From positions 1-64,000 of the IMG/VR virus record IMGVR_UViG_3300005264_000040: a DNA stretch of 64,000 bases. One strand, 5' to 3'. Below are positions 48,725-59,269 of this stretch, one piece after another; within the stretch, counting starts at the first letter, position 1; every line of letters starts with the position of its first letter. The notes beneath the pieces are model-generated. The model worked only from the letters and a program-made list of their open reading frames with translations. It was not told the origin of the DNA and made no database searches. The stretch comes from a virus. The position numbers and the translations under genes were made by a program.

Positions 48725-49351
48725 TTGAACAATGTGAAAATAAATTATCCAACAAGAACAATGATTATAGGAGAAAAAAAATATTTAGAAGGGGTAATAA
48801 GAGCTTTAGATTATGAGAAAGAAAACATCGCTGCATCATTAGAATTACAAGTTTCAAAACGTACTCAATTTTCAAAAGAAGGAAAATCATATTTTACGAT
48901 TGTAACATATAGTCCTGATGTTAATCCTACAGAATTAATGGAAACCATAATAGAAATAAAAAATAAACACATAGAACCAGTAGTATTATATGCAACACAA
49001 ACTAAGAATGGTTTAAAATTAGAAAATTTAGAACTAAGAAGTTTTGACGCAGTATATGCTGATTTCAAAAAGGTAATTGAAGACACAAAAGTTGAAACCA
49101 TAAATACTATAATTAATACAATAAAATATGGAACTTATATAGAAGTGCAGATAGACGAAGACCAACTACAAGAAATAAAAGCTTTAGCAAAGAACATTTT
49201 AAGTCCTTCTGAATTTAAAAACGCTATAATGGATGTATTTGAAATTTTGCTGGATCGTAATATCGTAAAATTCAAAATTTTTGATCAAAAGAAAGAAAAA
49301 AAACTTTTAACTTTTGATAGTTTATTGGAGGTGTTGGGCATTGAAAAATGA
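48725..49351 (+). CDS. Hypothetical protein
   Basis: 208-aa ORF. Confidence 0.7.
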   Translation: MNNVKINYPTRTMIIGEKKYLEGVIRALDYEKENIAASLELQVSKRTQFSKEGKSYFTIVTYSPDVNPTELMETIIEIKNKHIEPVVLYATQTKNGLKLENLELRSFDAVYADFKKVIEDTKVETINTIINTIKYGTYIEVQIDEDQLQEIKALAKNILSPSEFKNAIMDVFEILLDRNIVKFKIFDQKKEKKLLTFDSLLEVLGIEK

Positions 49352-50303
49352 ATTACTTTACTACACTTTTAAAGATTTGTTTAAGGCTCTTTATAGCAGA
49401 TATAGATATCCGCAGGAAATTATTTCACAATATTTGGATTATGCTGATGCTATCTATTATTATGAACATACACACGACAAGCTAATGAATTTATATGAAA
49501 AACTTTTTCCTTTAAGATGTATGGGAGAATTAATAGCAAAAACATACACTAACGATAACGCCAGAATGTTCTCCGTACCTTATTTTGATAACAATTTTCA
49601 AAAACATATGTATACTTGCATAGCAATTCCTGAATATAGTGAAAAAAACTTTATTGTATATATGAATAATATTAGATTTACATTTGAAGAACTGAAAGAT
49701 TTAGAAAGAATAGTCGAAACGTTTTTAAGAGATTCTTTTGAAGATGTAAATAAAATAGAGTTCAGAAGACTTCTTGTAAATAAAGCTGAATTAAATCCTT
49801 TTTATTCAAACGAAGCTATATTAAAAGATGATAACGAAACTATAATTAATAAGGTTTATTTGTTTTATGAAGAAGTAAATCCGGAGTATGCAAAAAAAAT
49901 CAAGAAAAGAATTACTTATATGAAAAATCTTTATTTAGAGTTATTTGGTGAAGAAAAGGAACACGAGTTTTATAAAAAATTGATAGATTATGTAAGCAGA
50001 CAATCTGCAGATTTTTCTGGGTTTATCAAAGAATTTATTAGAAGTTATTTAGAAACAAAGCTAATAGAAAAAACAATAGCAGAGTATGCAAATTTTAAAG
50101 TACAAAAAATTCATTTCGGTTCAGAAATTGCAGAAGTTGAAGATGTTGTTAGACAAACGTTATATAATTTAAGAGTTTATAAAGGAACAAATATTATAGA
50201 AATTTATATGGGGAAAGAAAAACTTTTAAATGTAGATTTAAAATATACCTCAGAATACGCCTTTGCGGTAAAACTAAAAACTTTATTTAAAGGGGGTAAT
50301 TAA
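49314..50303 (+). CDS. Hypothetical protein
   Basis: 329-aa ORF. Confidence 0.7.
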   Translation: MIVYWRCWALKNELLYYTFKDLFKALYSRYRYPQEIISQYLDYADAIYYYEHTHDKLMNLYEKLFPLRCMGELIAKTYTNDNARMFSVPYFDNNFQKHMYTCIAIPEYSEKNFIVYMNNIRFTFEELKDLERIVETFLRDSFEDVNKIEFRRLLVNKAELNPFYSNEAILKDDNETIINKVYLFYEEVNPEYAKKIKKRITYMKNLYLELFGEEKEHEFYKKLIDYVSRQSADFSGFIKEFIRSYLETKLIEKTIAEYANFKVQKIHFGSEIAEVEDVVRQTLYNLRVYKGTNIIEIYMGKEKLLNVDLKYTSEYAFAVKLKTLFKGGN

Positions 50304-50304
50304 A

Positions 50305-50547
50305 ATGGAAGGACCATCAGGATGGTTATGGTTTCTATGGGCAGGACTAGCAGTTTGGGTTTTTTTAGACGCATATTATAAAAAAAATAAAACTGAATTA
50401 GTCTCTTTCTTATGGGGGTTAATAACATTCCTTTTTGGAATTTTTGGAGCTCTGGCTTATTTTTTTATTACATTTGCAGAAAGAAGAAATATGCAACTGA
50501 GGAAGGAGGAAGAAGATGAAGAAAGAAATTCTAGAGAAGATAACTAA
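50305..50547 (+). CDS. Small two-TM membrane protein
   Basis: WVFLDAY..W....F.FGIFGAL.Y pattern. Confidence 0.7.
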   Translation: MEGPSGWLWFLWAGLAVWVFLDAYYKKNKTELVSFLWGLITFLFGIFGALAYFFITFAERRNMQLRKEEEDEERNSREDN

Positions 50548-50992
50548 AAAAATAATAGAAGAAAAAAATAATCAACCACATGAAGAATATATAGAATTAA
50601 TTGATGAAAATACAAGGTTAGATCTTGAAGCATTTGCAGAAGAAATTCAAGAATATCCAAAAGAAAAAGTTGAAGAACTAATAAGCCATACATACGTAAA
50701 ACTTTTAAATATTGCAACATTCGGACTTTCTACACCAAATGAAGGAATTACTTTGAAAGGATATGTTCATATGATGTTGAACACTATTTTGAAATTAAAA
50801 CTTCTTATGGAATTGTATCCTGGATATAACGAGTCATTAATAAACATGCATAGCAACGTGGTTTCTGGAAAATACACAGGAAGTAATGCTGATGGAAATG
50901 TTCATATTTATTTTAAAGCCAAAACAAATTCAGCTCTTGCTGATAAAATGTTTAAAATTTTGAAGAATATTGAAGAATTCATGAGGCCTTGA
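50516..50992 (+). CDS. Hypothetical protein
   Basis: SD GGAGG. Confidence 0.7.
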   Translation: MKKEILEKITKKIIEEKNNQPHEEYIELIDENTRLDLEAFAEEIQEYPKEKVEELISHTYVKLLNIATFGLSTPNEGITLKGYVHMMLNTILKLKLLMELYPGYNESLINMHSNVVSGKYTGSNADGNVHIYFKAKTNSALADKMFKILKNIEEFMRP

Positions 50993-51429
50993 GGGGGGAA
51001 AAAATGAAAGATATAATTATTTATAGAACATCAGAAAGGAATATATTAGTAAGGATAGAAAAACTATTGCGTTTATTAAAATATAAAAATTTGATAGAAG
51101 GATACGTAAGAGAAGAAGAAGGATACGATTATATTTTTTATTTGGACGTAGTGAAAAAAGAATATTTTATAATGGATTATCATCAGTTATATACTTCTAT
51201 TACTTTAGGGATTCCTTTGGAATTGGATGTTTCAAAGTGGAGAAGAAGAAGCGTTTCTACTTTCTTTGAATTAGAAACATTTATAAAGGAAAATATTATA
51301 GACCAGCTTACAGAAGAAAATTTAAATAATATTTTGAAATATTATATTTATGAAAAAACTTTTGAAACTTCAAATCCGCACATTCTAAAAAAAACTAATA
51401 TAAAGATAAGAGAATGGCAACACAAATAA
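50989..51429 (+). CDS. Hypothetical protein
   Basis: 146-aa ORF. Confidence 0.65.
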   Translation: MRGEKMKDIIIYRTSERNILVRIEKLLRLLKYKNLIEGYVREEEGYDYIFYLDVVKKEYFIMDYHQLYTSITLGIPLELDVSKWRRRSVSTFFELETFIKENIIDQLTEENLNNILKYYIYEKTFETSNPHILKKTNIKIREWQHK

Positions 51430-51434
51430 ATGAT

Positions 51435-51463
51435 TTGACAAAAATCGCATAATATGGTAGAAT
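51435..51463 (+). promoter_or_regulatory. Sigma70-type promoter
   Basis: TTGACA-N17-TAGAAT with TG. Confidence 0.8.
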
Positions 51464-51498
51464 AGAATAGCAATAACTTCTAGGAAGGGAGTAAAAAG

Positions 51499-51864
51499 AT
51501 GAGTGCATTAACTGATAAAATGGCTATAGTAAAGTCTGTATTTATTCAGAATTTTGTGCAGGAATTTGCGCATTTTGAAGTTAAAAAAGGGACACAAGAA
51601 ATGAAGTTTATAGAATTTAAAAACAAGGGGAACTTTGCGGAAATCTTTGCAAAAAAAGTTATATTTTACGAATTCATGTTATTAGATGAAGAAATGAAAA
51701 AATACAGAGAAGAATTTAAAGAATACGAACCAAAATTTATTCAAGAATTGCTTGATTACACTCAAAATATTTTAGAAGGACAATTTGAACAAAAACCTGA
51801 AGATTTTACTCTTCCTACAGTGGATGAAATAATGGAAGAAATAAAGAAAAACAGGAATTACTAG
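51499..51864 (+). CDS. Hypothetical protein
   Basis: 121-aa ORF. Confidence 0.7.
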   Translation: MSALTDKMAIVKSVFIQNFVQEFAHFEVKKGTQEMKFIEFKNKGNFAEIFAKKVIFYEFMLLDEEMKKYREEFKEYEPKFIQELLDYTQNILEGQFEQKPEDFTLPTVDEIMEEIKKNRNY

Positions 51865-51880
51865 AAAGGAGTGGTTAGGT

Positions 51881-52345
51881 ATGATGAGAGTGACGATACC
51901 ATTGGGGTATGTTGGGAAGTTTTATGATTCATTTCAGTATCAAAATGGGACGATAGTAAAAAGGTTTAATTTTAGTACAAGAAAAGGATATCAAGGAAAG
52001 AACGATCCAGAAAAATATATGTATTTCACTTTAAAAGTTATAGGGAAACCGGATCATTTTAAATGGCCACACTTAGTTGAAAATGCAAAAATAGCGATTT
52101 TAAATGGTTCTTATAATGTAGAAACTTATGTAGATCAAAATCAACAGAAACAAAGGAAACATGTAATAGAAGCGCATATTTCAGATATAGAATTTGTGCA
52201 AACTTTTGAAAAACAAAACGTACAGCAACCAGTAACACAGCAACCAACTCCACAACCAGTTCCACAACCAGTTCCACCTGTGCAGCAGACTGTACAACAA
52301 CCTTTACCACAACAAACTTATTACAATCCACCAGTTCAACCGTAA
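51881..52345 (+). CDS. ssb: Single-stranded DNA-binding protein (OB fold) with Q/P-rich tail
   Basis: GYVGK...FNFST.....YF.L......L..GS..VETY.DQ.QQK....I.A..IEF pattern. Confidence 0.65.
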   Translation: MMRVTIPLGYVGKFYDSFQYQNGTIVKRFNFSTRKGYQGKNDPEKYMYFTLKVIGKPDHFKWPHLVENAKIAILNGSYNVETYVDQNQQKQRKHVIEAHISDIEFVQTFEKQNVQQPVTQQPTPQPVPQPVPPVQQTVQQPLPQQTYYNPPVQP

Positions 52346-52360
52346 TAAGGGGTTGATTAA

Positions 52361-52561
52361 ATGTTATTTGATAATGTGAAAAAATTTTTACAAGAATTAG
52401 ATAAAGTTTCGTCAGAAAAAGGTGAATTAGAGGATAAAGATATGTATGACGCTTTTTCAACAGCATTCAAAGATGAAGCTGGAAGAATAAAAAGAAAATA
52501 TAAAAAACAAAGTGTATTAAAAGAAATGGAAGAAATATTCAATAAAGGAGGAGAAAAATAA
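52361..52561 (+). CDS. Small hypothetical protein
   Basis: 66-aa ORF. Confidence 0.65.
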   Translation: MLFDNVKKFLQELDKVSSEKGELEDKDMYDAFSTAFKDEAGRIKRKYKKQSVLKEMEEIFNKGGEK

Positions 52562-53019
52562 TGGATATAAACGATTTTTTGAAAGCAGGGCCAAGCGACG
52601 CAAACGCAAATGCAAACCCAAACTTATCATTAGAAATAGCAACAATGAAACAACAATTACAAATGGTATTACACGATTTAGCAGCAACAACACAAATATT
52701 GCAGACTATGTCGAATATGACAATATTACCTCTTTACAAGATTTTATATGATAACGGCCTTATCAAAACAAAAGAAGATTTAATTGAAGCTATGAAAAGT
52801 AACGTAGATTTTGTATATGAAGCAGTAAAAGATGTACCAGAAATTGCAAGAGGTTTTGAACAAATGAAAAATGCAGTAGAAGTAAAAGCAGATGAAATTT
52901 GGTATTGGTTGCAAAACGATGATTCTCAATTAAAAGAAATTGTTGCTCAAGAAAAACAAAGAATAGAGGAAATTAAAGCTAAACAGGCATCTAATATTAT
53001 TAATCCATTTGGTGGATGA
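52561..53019 (+). CDS. Hypothetical protein
   Basis: 152-aa ORF; terminator CCGCAGTC/GACTGCGG+T5 follows. Confidence 0.7.
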   Translation: MDINDFLKAGPSDANANANPNLSLEIATMKQQLQMVLHDLAATTQILQTMSNMTILPLYKILYDNGLIKTKEDLIEAMKSNVDFVYEAVKDVPEIARGFEQMKNAVEVKADEIWYWLQNDDSQLKEIVAQEKQRIEEIKAKQASNIINPFGG

Positions 53020-53083
53020 GAAATTGCATGAATTGCCGCAGTCTTTATGACTGCGGTTTTTATTTTATAAAGGAGGGATTAAT

Positions 53084-53251
53084 ATGTTAATATATTCAAT
53101 TATATGGTTCGATAGAGAAGGAAATTTTTCTTTGTTTGAAGAACATAGTTATGTAGATCCAGAAAAAGTAGAAGAGATAATTTCTATTAAGCAATTCACA
53201 GATGAAAACCATGCTTCATATAAAATTCTAACCACTGATATTATTAAATAA
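53084..53251 (+). CDS. Small hypothetical protein (55 aa, not in ORF track)
   Basis: AAGGAGG SD; MLIYSIIWFDREGNFSLFEEHSYVDP... Confidence 0.6.
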   Translation: MLIYSIIWFDREGNFSLFEEHSYVDPEKVEEIISIKQFTDENHASYKILTTDIIK

Positions 53252-53322
53252 GTCATTAGCATTTCAAATAAGAATATAGTAGAATATAAATTGGAATAAA
53301 AATCACATTCATTCCAGAAAGG

Positions 53323-53589
53323 GTGATAAAATTGAAATTAATATTCGGGCCAGATTCTTATGAAGTAACGGAAATTATTCCTAAAATGGTTTTCAACAAG
53401 AACGTTATTGCTCTAGATGATTTAATTCAAGAATACAAGAAGATTTTGAAAACGGATAAAAAATTAAGGTTGTCATTTATTAAAAAGAACGAAAAGGACT
53501 GGATCCTTATTTTACGAGTTTTAGAATTAGAACCTTGTACATATGCAACTGTATATTTAGAAAAAACAAAAGAGTTTGCAATTTCCTGA
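53323..53589 (+). CDS. Hypothetical protein
   Basis: 88-aa ORF. Confidence 0.55.
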   Translation: MIKLKLIFGPDSYEVTEIIPKMVFNKNVIALDDLIQEYKKILKTDKKLRLSFIKKNEKDWILILRVLELEPCTYATVYLEKTKEFAIS

Positions 53590-53597
53590 TTTAATCC

Positions 53598-53658
53598 TTG
53601 CAATTATATATTTTTTTTAGTATAATATATATATAAAACATAGCGTGACTACGCTATG
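53598..53658 (+). promoter_or_regulatory. Promoter plus 5' leader hairpin
   Basis: TTGCAA-N17-TATAAT; CATAGCGT-GACT-ACGCTATG. Confidence 0.65.
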
Positions 53659-53690
53659 TTCATTTAATTCCGAAAGAAAGGAGATTTAAT

Positions 53691-54812
53691 ATGCGTTATT
53701 CGTATTCATCAATTTCTACTGCAAAAACTTGTCTTTATAAATGGTATTGGGAATATGTAAAAAGAGAAAGGATACCTTCAGGAAAAGCAGCGCAGGTAGG
53801 AAGTTCAATGCATGCAATTTTAGAAACATATTATAAAACTATACCTGGAAACAGTCATGACAAAAACCATTTATTAGAACTAGCAAAAGAAATGACAGTT
53901 GGTGCTGGCCATTCTCATAGAGAGGAAGTAATTTCTACTTTAAAAAAATTTGATTTAACTTTATTGCCCGAACCTATGTTTAGAAAATACATAGCTACAG
54001 AATTACAAATCAAATTAAATGAAAATTATGAGGTAGATGAAAATGCTGATTTCTTTATAGGAATAATTGATTTATTATATTATGATCCAACAACAAAGAA
54101 ACTTTGGGTTATTGATTATAAAAGCAATAAAAGGCCAAATGCCGACACACAACAATTAAAACTCTATAGTTATTTAGCTTATAAAGCTTTTAAAGGAAAG
54201 CTTGATATAAAGTCAATAACTACAAAATATGTTTATTTGAGATTAAACCAAACAATAGAAGATACACCAAATTTAGAGACATTAGAAGAAGATTTGGAAA
54301 CTTATTTAAAAGAAAACATAAATCATCTAAATTTCTTAGTAGAAAAAATTCCAGAAGAACCTACACCAGAACAGATAGCTGAAGTATTCAAACCAACGCC
54401 TAGCTGGTTATGCTCATGGTGTGGAGCAAGAGCAGCTTGTCCTTTATATCAGCACGGAATGCATGTTGCAAGAACTATAATAAAGAAAGAAAACACTGAA
54501 TATTCAATAGAGGAAATGGCTGCCTTTTTGATTATGCAAAAAACAATAGCAAAAGATATTGAACAGGCTTTAGCAGACAAACTTTCAGCTCAAAATCTTT
54601 TTGAATACAAATTTAATGGTAAAGAATTAATAGTTGAATATGAATACGATTTAGATTTTGAAAGCTTTGAAGATATAATCGTAAAAAATCATCCGGACAA
54701 AATATCATGGATTGAGAATCCTCCTTCTTACAATGAGCTAAGAAGAGTGCTAACATTCGAAGAATTCGAATCGTGCGTTATTTCAAAACCCAAGGGAGTA
54801 AAAGTCCGATAA
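53691..54812 (+). CDS. PD-(D/E)XK nuclease (RecB/AddB/Cas4-like)
   Basis: SYSSIST..TC, GSSMHAILE, GIIDLL, VIDYKS, QLKLY, CSWCGARAACP. Confidence 0.88.
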   Translation: MRYSYSSISTAKTCLYKWYWEYVKRERIPSGKAAQVGSSMHAILETYYKTIPGNSHDKNHLLELAKEMTVGAGHSHREEVISTLKKFDLTLLPEPMFRKYIATELQIKLNENYEVDENADFFIGIIDLLYYDPTTKKLWVIDYKSNKRPNADTQQLKLYSYLAYKAFKGKLDIKSITTKYVYLRLNQTIEDTPNLETLEEDLETYLKENINHLNFLVEKIPEEPTPEQIAEVFKPTPSWLCSWCGARAACPLYQHGMHVARTIIKKENTEYSIEEMAAFLIMQKTIAKDIEQALADKLSAQNLFEYKFNGKELIVEYEYDLDFESFEDIIVKNHPDKISWIENPPSYNELRRVLTFEEFESCVISKPKGVKVR

Positions 54813-54909
54813 ATTGCATAAAAAGATACTCCAGAAATAGCAACAAAGATGTAACATTCCATAAAAAATAGAGGAAATGCGGAGTTCGTGAATTTCTACT
54901 AAATGTAAC

Positions 54910-54951
54910 AAAATTGCGCCCTTTACAAGGCGCAATTTTTTGTGATATAAT
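54910..54951 (+). terminator. Terminator overlapping the next promoter
   Basis: AAAATTGCGCC/GGCGCAATTTT; TTACAA-N17-TATAAT (54923-54951). Confidence 0.65.
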
Positions 54952-55039
54952 ATATAGCGAACTAAAAAATAAGGGGAGTAAAAATAAAACCCCGAGCCCA
55001 AAAAGGAACCCGGGGACCCCAATCTAATAAAGAAAGGAG

Positions 55040-58000
55040 TTGAACAATATGAAATACAATAAAATAAAAATCCAAAAAGAAAGAAAAATTGACCCTAGAC
55101 TCAAATGGATTCCGGCAACAGCCATTGTAGCGGAATTCCGTGTATGCCCAAAATGCGGCGATGCAAAAGGACATTGTGGATACTACGAATTTGAAGATGG
55201 ATCAATAAGAGAATACTGTGTAAAATGCGAACATAAACACATATTCAAAACATCTTCAAAAAAATTATATCATGATGATGTTAAGGTTGTTTCACAAGAT
55301 TATTACAATATGATAAACAAGATAGAGAATATATATCCTTATTCTATCCGAACAGAGGATGAACTCGCATTTTTCGAATGGGCTAAGTCTAGAGGGTTTA
55401 ATGACGAGTTCTCTGAATATCTGTTCGGGCGTCGTTATTTTTATATGCAATCTCCATTATTTAATTCTGCATTGAAAAATTCTCCTGTTATTTCTATTCC
55501 TGTATATGACATTAGTGAAAGAATTGTCGGTGTTAGGTACAGAATGATTAATCCTGGCAAACACGGCAAATATTTATGGGATAGAAACTACAAAACCAAA
55601 CCAACTCCTTTCTATACTTTCGTTAGAGGTTCCAAACCTAAAATAGAAACTATTTATATTGTTGAAGGTGAATTTAAAGCTGAATTCATTTCATGGACTT
55701 CTGGTCAAGCAGCTTTAGGTATCATCGGGTTGGGGAATCTTAAGAATAAAAAAATAGCAGCAATACTTGAAAAATTCAAAGATTTAAAACAAGTTATCTA
55801 TGTACCAGATAGAGATGTATTTACTCAATGGCATAAATATGAAATGATAATGAAGGAAATGTTCTACCTTCAAAAACGTATTTATGGATTGAATGTAGAT
55901 GTTTTATATTGGCCGTTTTATGAAATTGAAAAGAATGGTTTTGATGATTATCTCCTTTCTTTGCAAAAAGGAGAAAAGCCTTTAACGTCTAAATTTAATA
56001 TAGAAGAGTTAGCAACTCCTTTAAAAGAAGAAGTAGAAAAACAGGTTGATATACTTCTTAAAAAAGATGATACTTTTAAATTTATTAAAAACAAAGAAGG
56101 TACTTCTTTGTTCGAAGTTATAAAACCTGAAATATCTACTTCTAGTACTTATACAGGAGAATCAAGAATTGAACTTTGGAGACAAGCTTTGTTAAAAAGG
56201 AAATTTGTATTGGATGTTTCAGGTACTGGTTCTGGTAAATCTCATACTACAGCTATCGATTTGAAAAAAGTTGTAGAAAAAGGCGGTTTTAAAGTTATTC
56301 CTAAAAAAATGACTAGAGAGGACGGTACTGAAGTAGAATATTTATCTACTCCGTTCAAAATTTTCTATGTTAGTCAATCTCCTATAAATCCTACTATTGA
56401 TAAATTTGATGAATGGTTCTTATACAGAGGGAGAACTCCTAACGGTCATTGGTATTCTGAAACATTAGAAAAATGGGAAGAAGCTCCTTCTCCTGATAAA
56501 GCTCATGAAGATTATCCACCAACATGTTTAAATCCGGATTTATATACTATTAGAGAAGATACTAATTCAAACTTATTTACTAATAACTATTGTGATTTAT
56601 TCTGTCCTATGAAAGAAAATTGTAATTATATTGCTCAAAAAAGAGAAATGATGGACAGAGAAACAAAATTTGTTAGAATTTCTTATAAATCATTGCCTTT
56701 AATGGATGAAACTTTGGTAATTATAGATGAATCTATAATTTTCTCACATCTTGAACATATTGAAATAAATCTTAATCATTTAGCTCAATTGAATTATGCT
56801 GCACATAGTGCAAAAGAATTATTAAGGCATGTTATTGTTTTAAACAATTCACACATGTTCGATGAAGAATTAAATAAAACATTATTAGAAGAAGAAGTAG
56901 AATCTACTGTTAAATTTTTCGAATTATTCTCTTTGTTTTTAAATTCAGCAAACTTTGGAAAATTGCAAGCTAAAAAGAACGCTACCTTTAAAGAAGTGCA
57001 TGATGCTTTTGCTGATTTCTTAGTAGAAAATGAATTAACTCCTCTTGAAAAATTAATAAATCCTTATTTCGATTTTGATTTTGAAAAAATGGAAAAACTT
57101 CTTGAATCACTTTTTATTTTAGGTAATGCAATAAAACAAAACAAAAACGGAAAATTACCAAGAGAAGCAAGAAAAGCAAAAAGATGGTTAGAAAAGAATA
57201 ACGTTAATTATTATGGCGTCTTAAACAATGTAGAAAATTATCATGAATTATTAAGGATAATGTACGCAATTAAAAGCATGGGACGCAACGGTTCTGTTTA
57301 TGTTGCAAATAAAAAATTGTTTGTTGTAGTACCAGATTTGAAAACATTGTCTTTATTGCAAAAAGTAAAAGACGGAAAAATCTATTTAATTATTTTAGAA
57401 GCTACTCCTAATAACCCTACAATTGAATATATTACTAAATTCCTGAACCCTGTTACTGTTGGGGATTATACTATTCCCAAAAACTTAACCCTGATTAAAA
57501 CAAAAGGTTTAGGTAAAATGACTTTTAAACCTACAAAGAAAAAATCAGAGAAGAGATTGGAATATATTAAAGAATTCCATGAAAAACGTTTTGGTGATAA
57601 AAAGAAAGGTATTATTACTTCACAAAAAGAAATTATATTAATGCATGATGAATTCAAGAAAGAATTCGTAAAATATGGATACTGGTTTAAAGATGATAGA
57701 GGAAGTAATAAATTCCAGGATGTAGAAGTATTATATCTGCAAACTCCTCCTATAAGAAACCTTGCTACGGTTTCTGGTGAAATAATTGCTTCAAACTATT
57801 CCCTTGAAGGGGAAAGTACTTTCATATTAAACCAAGTTGAAAAAGAACTTTCTAATACATATGTTCAGGCTGTTGGTAGATTAAGAGCTCATAGAAGAGC
57901 TAATAAAGATTTATATGTAGTTTTTACTGATGATATTCCTTTACCTTTTAGCGTAGATGAGGAAATTGAAATTGGTGATTATGTTGATAAATTGAAAAAA

Positions 58001-59269
58001 GGAAACAATGTTATTGAGAGATTGAATAAAGAAAAGCATAAACAAGCCTTACTCAGAATAGGTGAATTATATCGTTTCTTTGATTTTGTGTATAGACGTT
58101 TTATTCCTACAAAAACAATTGTTAAGTTTGCTGCTAAAAAATTCGAAATGAAAGAAGATTATGTACAACGAGTTTGGAGTGAATATTTAAAGAAAGTACA
58201 GCCAGTACCAAAAATTACAAATGAAGAGGAAATAGAAGCATTCAGAAAAGATTTTCAGCACATCCCAATTACAACTTCAAGTTTGGGATTTGCTAAAACT
58301 TTCTTATTATCAAAATTATTGTTAGATAATTTTATGGATAGTCCTGACAAAGGCAAATTCTGGCAGAGGTTAGGATTAAATCCTAAAAAATCAGATTATA
58401 ATAAGGGGGTAATTAGGCGCATGTTAAAACATTTTAATTTTGAGGAAGAAGATCCAGATGCTATTTTAAAAAGCATCGAAAAATCATTTGGCAGTGAAAT
58501 TATTGAACATATCGATAAATTAACGGAAGAATATGAAAAAACTTTAAACATGATAGAAGAGCACAAAGAAAATATGCAAATTGATAGATTTAAGTTGTTA
58601 AAGAAAGAAATGCCTAAATTAGAAAAATGGTTCTCAGATGACAAAATGCCAGATGCAAGTTTCAAAACAACTGGTCCGGATGGAAAACCAGTTTATATAG
58701 TTAGGAATCCAACTGATATGTACAGAGTAATGAATTTCATTTTAAGATTCGTAAATTCAGGAAAAAGATTAAAAATGATGGTTGATAAATTCTACAAAGA
58801 AGCACCAAAGGAAAAAGGTGTAAAACCTTTCTCATGGAAAGACAGACAAATTCTACATATGTATATTGATGTAGAAACTTATAAACCGAATGACGGTAAA
58901 TTTAGCAAACCAAAAGTATTTATGACAGAAGAAGAAATAGAAGCATTGCCTACAGATGATGTTATGGTTAGAACTATTACTTTAAGAATTCCGTTCTTGG
59001 ATAATGCAACATTCGTTTTTGATATAGAAAAAAGTGATCCTATAGCTAATGGTGCATTAGATACATATTACCACCCTATGAATTCTACAGATGTAAGATT
59101 CCATTTGCAACATTACGATGAATACAAAGCAAACAAAGAATTCTTAATGTCTAAAAGAGCAGAGTATTTAAAAGAAAGAACAGAACTTTTAGAAAAAATA
59201 AAAAGACAAGGTGTTCCTTTTCAAAGATTAAAAGAATTAGATGAAAAATATAATGGCAAGGATACATAA
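55040..59269 (+). CDS. Zn-finger/TOPRIM primase fused to an SF2-like helicase, ending in the first part of a 3'-5' exonuclease
   Basis: CPKCG..C..C..C; IVEGEFKA, PDRD, GFDDYL; SGTGSGKS, IIDES, QAVGRLR; C-terminal MYIDVETY. Confidence 0.75.
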   Translation: MNNMKYNKIKIQKERKIDPRLKWIPATAIVAEFRVCPKCGDAKGHCGYYEFEDGSIREYCVKCEHKHIFKTSSKKLYHDDVKVVSQDYYNMINKIENIYPYSIRTEDELAFFEWAKSRGFNDEFSEYLFGRRYFYMQSPLFNSALKNSPVISIPVYDISERIVGVRYRMINPGKHGKYLWDRNYKTKPTPFYTFVRGSKPKIETIYIVEGEFKAEFISWTSGQAALGIIGLGNLKNKKIAAILEKFKDLKQVIYVPDRDVFTQWHKYEMIMKEMFYLQKRIYGLNVDVLYWPFYEIEKNGFDDYLLSLQKGEKPLTSKFNIEELATPLKEEVEKQVDILLKKDDTFKFIKNKEGTSLFEVIKPEISTSSTYTGESRIELWRQALLKRKFVLDVSGTGSGKSHTTAIDLKKVVEKGGFKVIPKKMTREDGTEVEYLSTPFKIFYVSQSPINPTIDKFDEWFLYRGRTPNGHWYSETLEKWEEAPSPDKAHEDYPPTCLNPDLYTIREDTNSNLFTNNYCDLFCPMKENCNYIAQKREMMDRETKFVRISYKSLPLMDETLVIIDESIIFSHLEHIEINLNHLAQLNYAAHSAKELLRHVIVLNNSHMFDEELNKTLLEEEVESTVKFFELFSLFLNSANFGKLQAKKNATFKEVHDAFADFLVENELTPLEKLINPYFDFDFEKMEKLLESLFILGNAIKQNKNGKLPREARKAKRWLEKNNVNYYGVLNNVENYHELLRIMYAIKSMGRNGSVYVANKKLFVVVPDLKTLSLLQKVKDGKIYLIILEATPNNPTIEYITKFLNPVTVGDYTIPKNLTLIKTKGLGKMTFKPTKKKSEKRLEYIKEFHEKRFGDKKKGIITSQKEIILMHDEFKKEFVKYGYWFKDDRGSNKFQDVEVLYLQTPPIRNLATVSGEIIASNYSLEGESTFILNQVEKELSNTYVQAVGRLRAHRRANKDLYVVFTDDIPLPFSVDEEIEIGDYVDKLKKGNNVIERLNKEKHKQALLRIGELYRFFDFVYRRFIPTKTIVKFAAKKFEMKEDYVQRVWSEYLKKVQPVPKITNEEEIEAFRKDFQHIPITTSSLGFAKTFLLSKLLLDNFMDSPDKGKFWQRLGLNPKKSDYNKGVIRRMLKHFNFEEEDPDAILKSIEKSFGSEIIEHIDKLTEEYEKTLNMIEEHKENMQIDRFKLLKKEMPKLEKWFSDDKMPDASFKTTGPDGKPVYIVRNPTDMYRVMNFILRFVNSGKRLKMMVDKFYKEAPKEKGVKPFSWKDRQILHMYIDVETYKPNDGKFSKPKVFMTEEEIEALPTDDVMVRTITLRIPFLDNATFVFDIEKSDPIANGALDTYYHPMNSTDVRFHLQHYDEYKANKEFLMSKRAEYLKERTELLEKIKRQGVPFQRLKELDEKYNGKDT

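Noticed and set aside
53691-54812. Cas4 as evidence of a CRISPR system
   Set aside because: Stand-alone PD-(D/E)XK nuclease in a replication/recombination context; no array or other cas genes.
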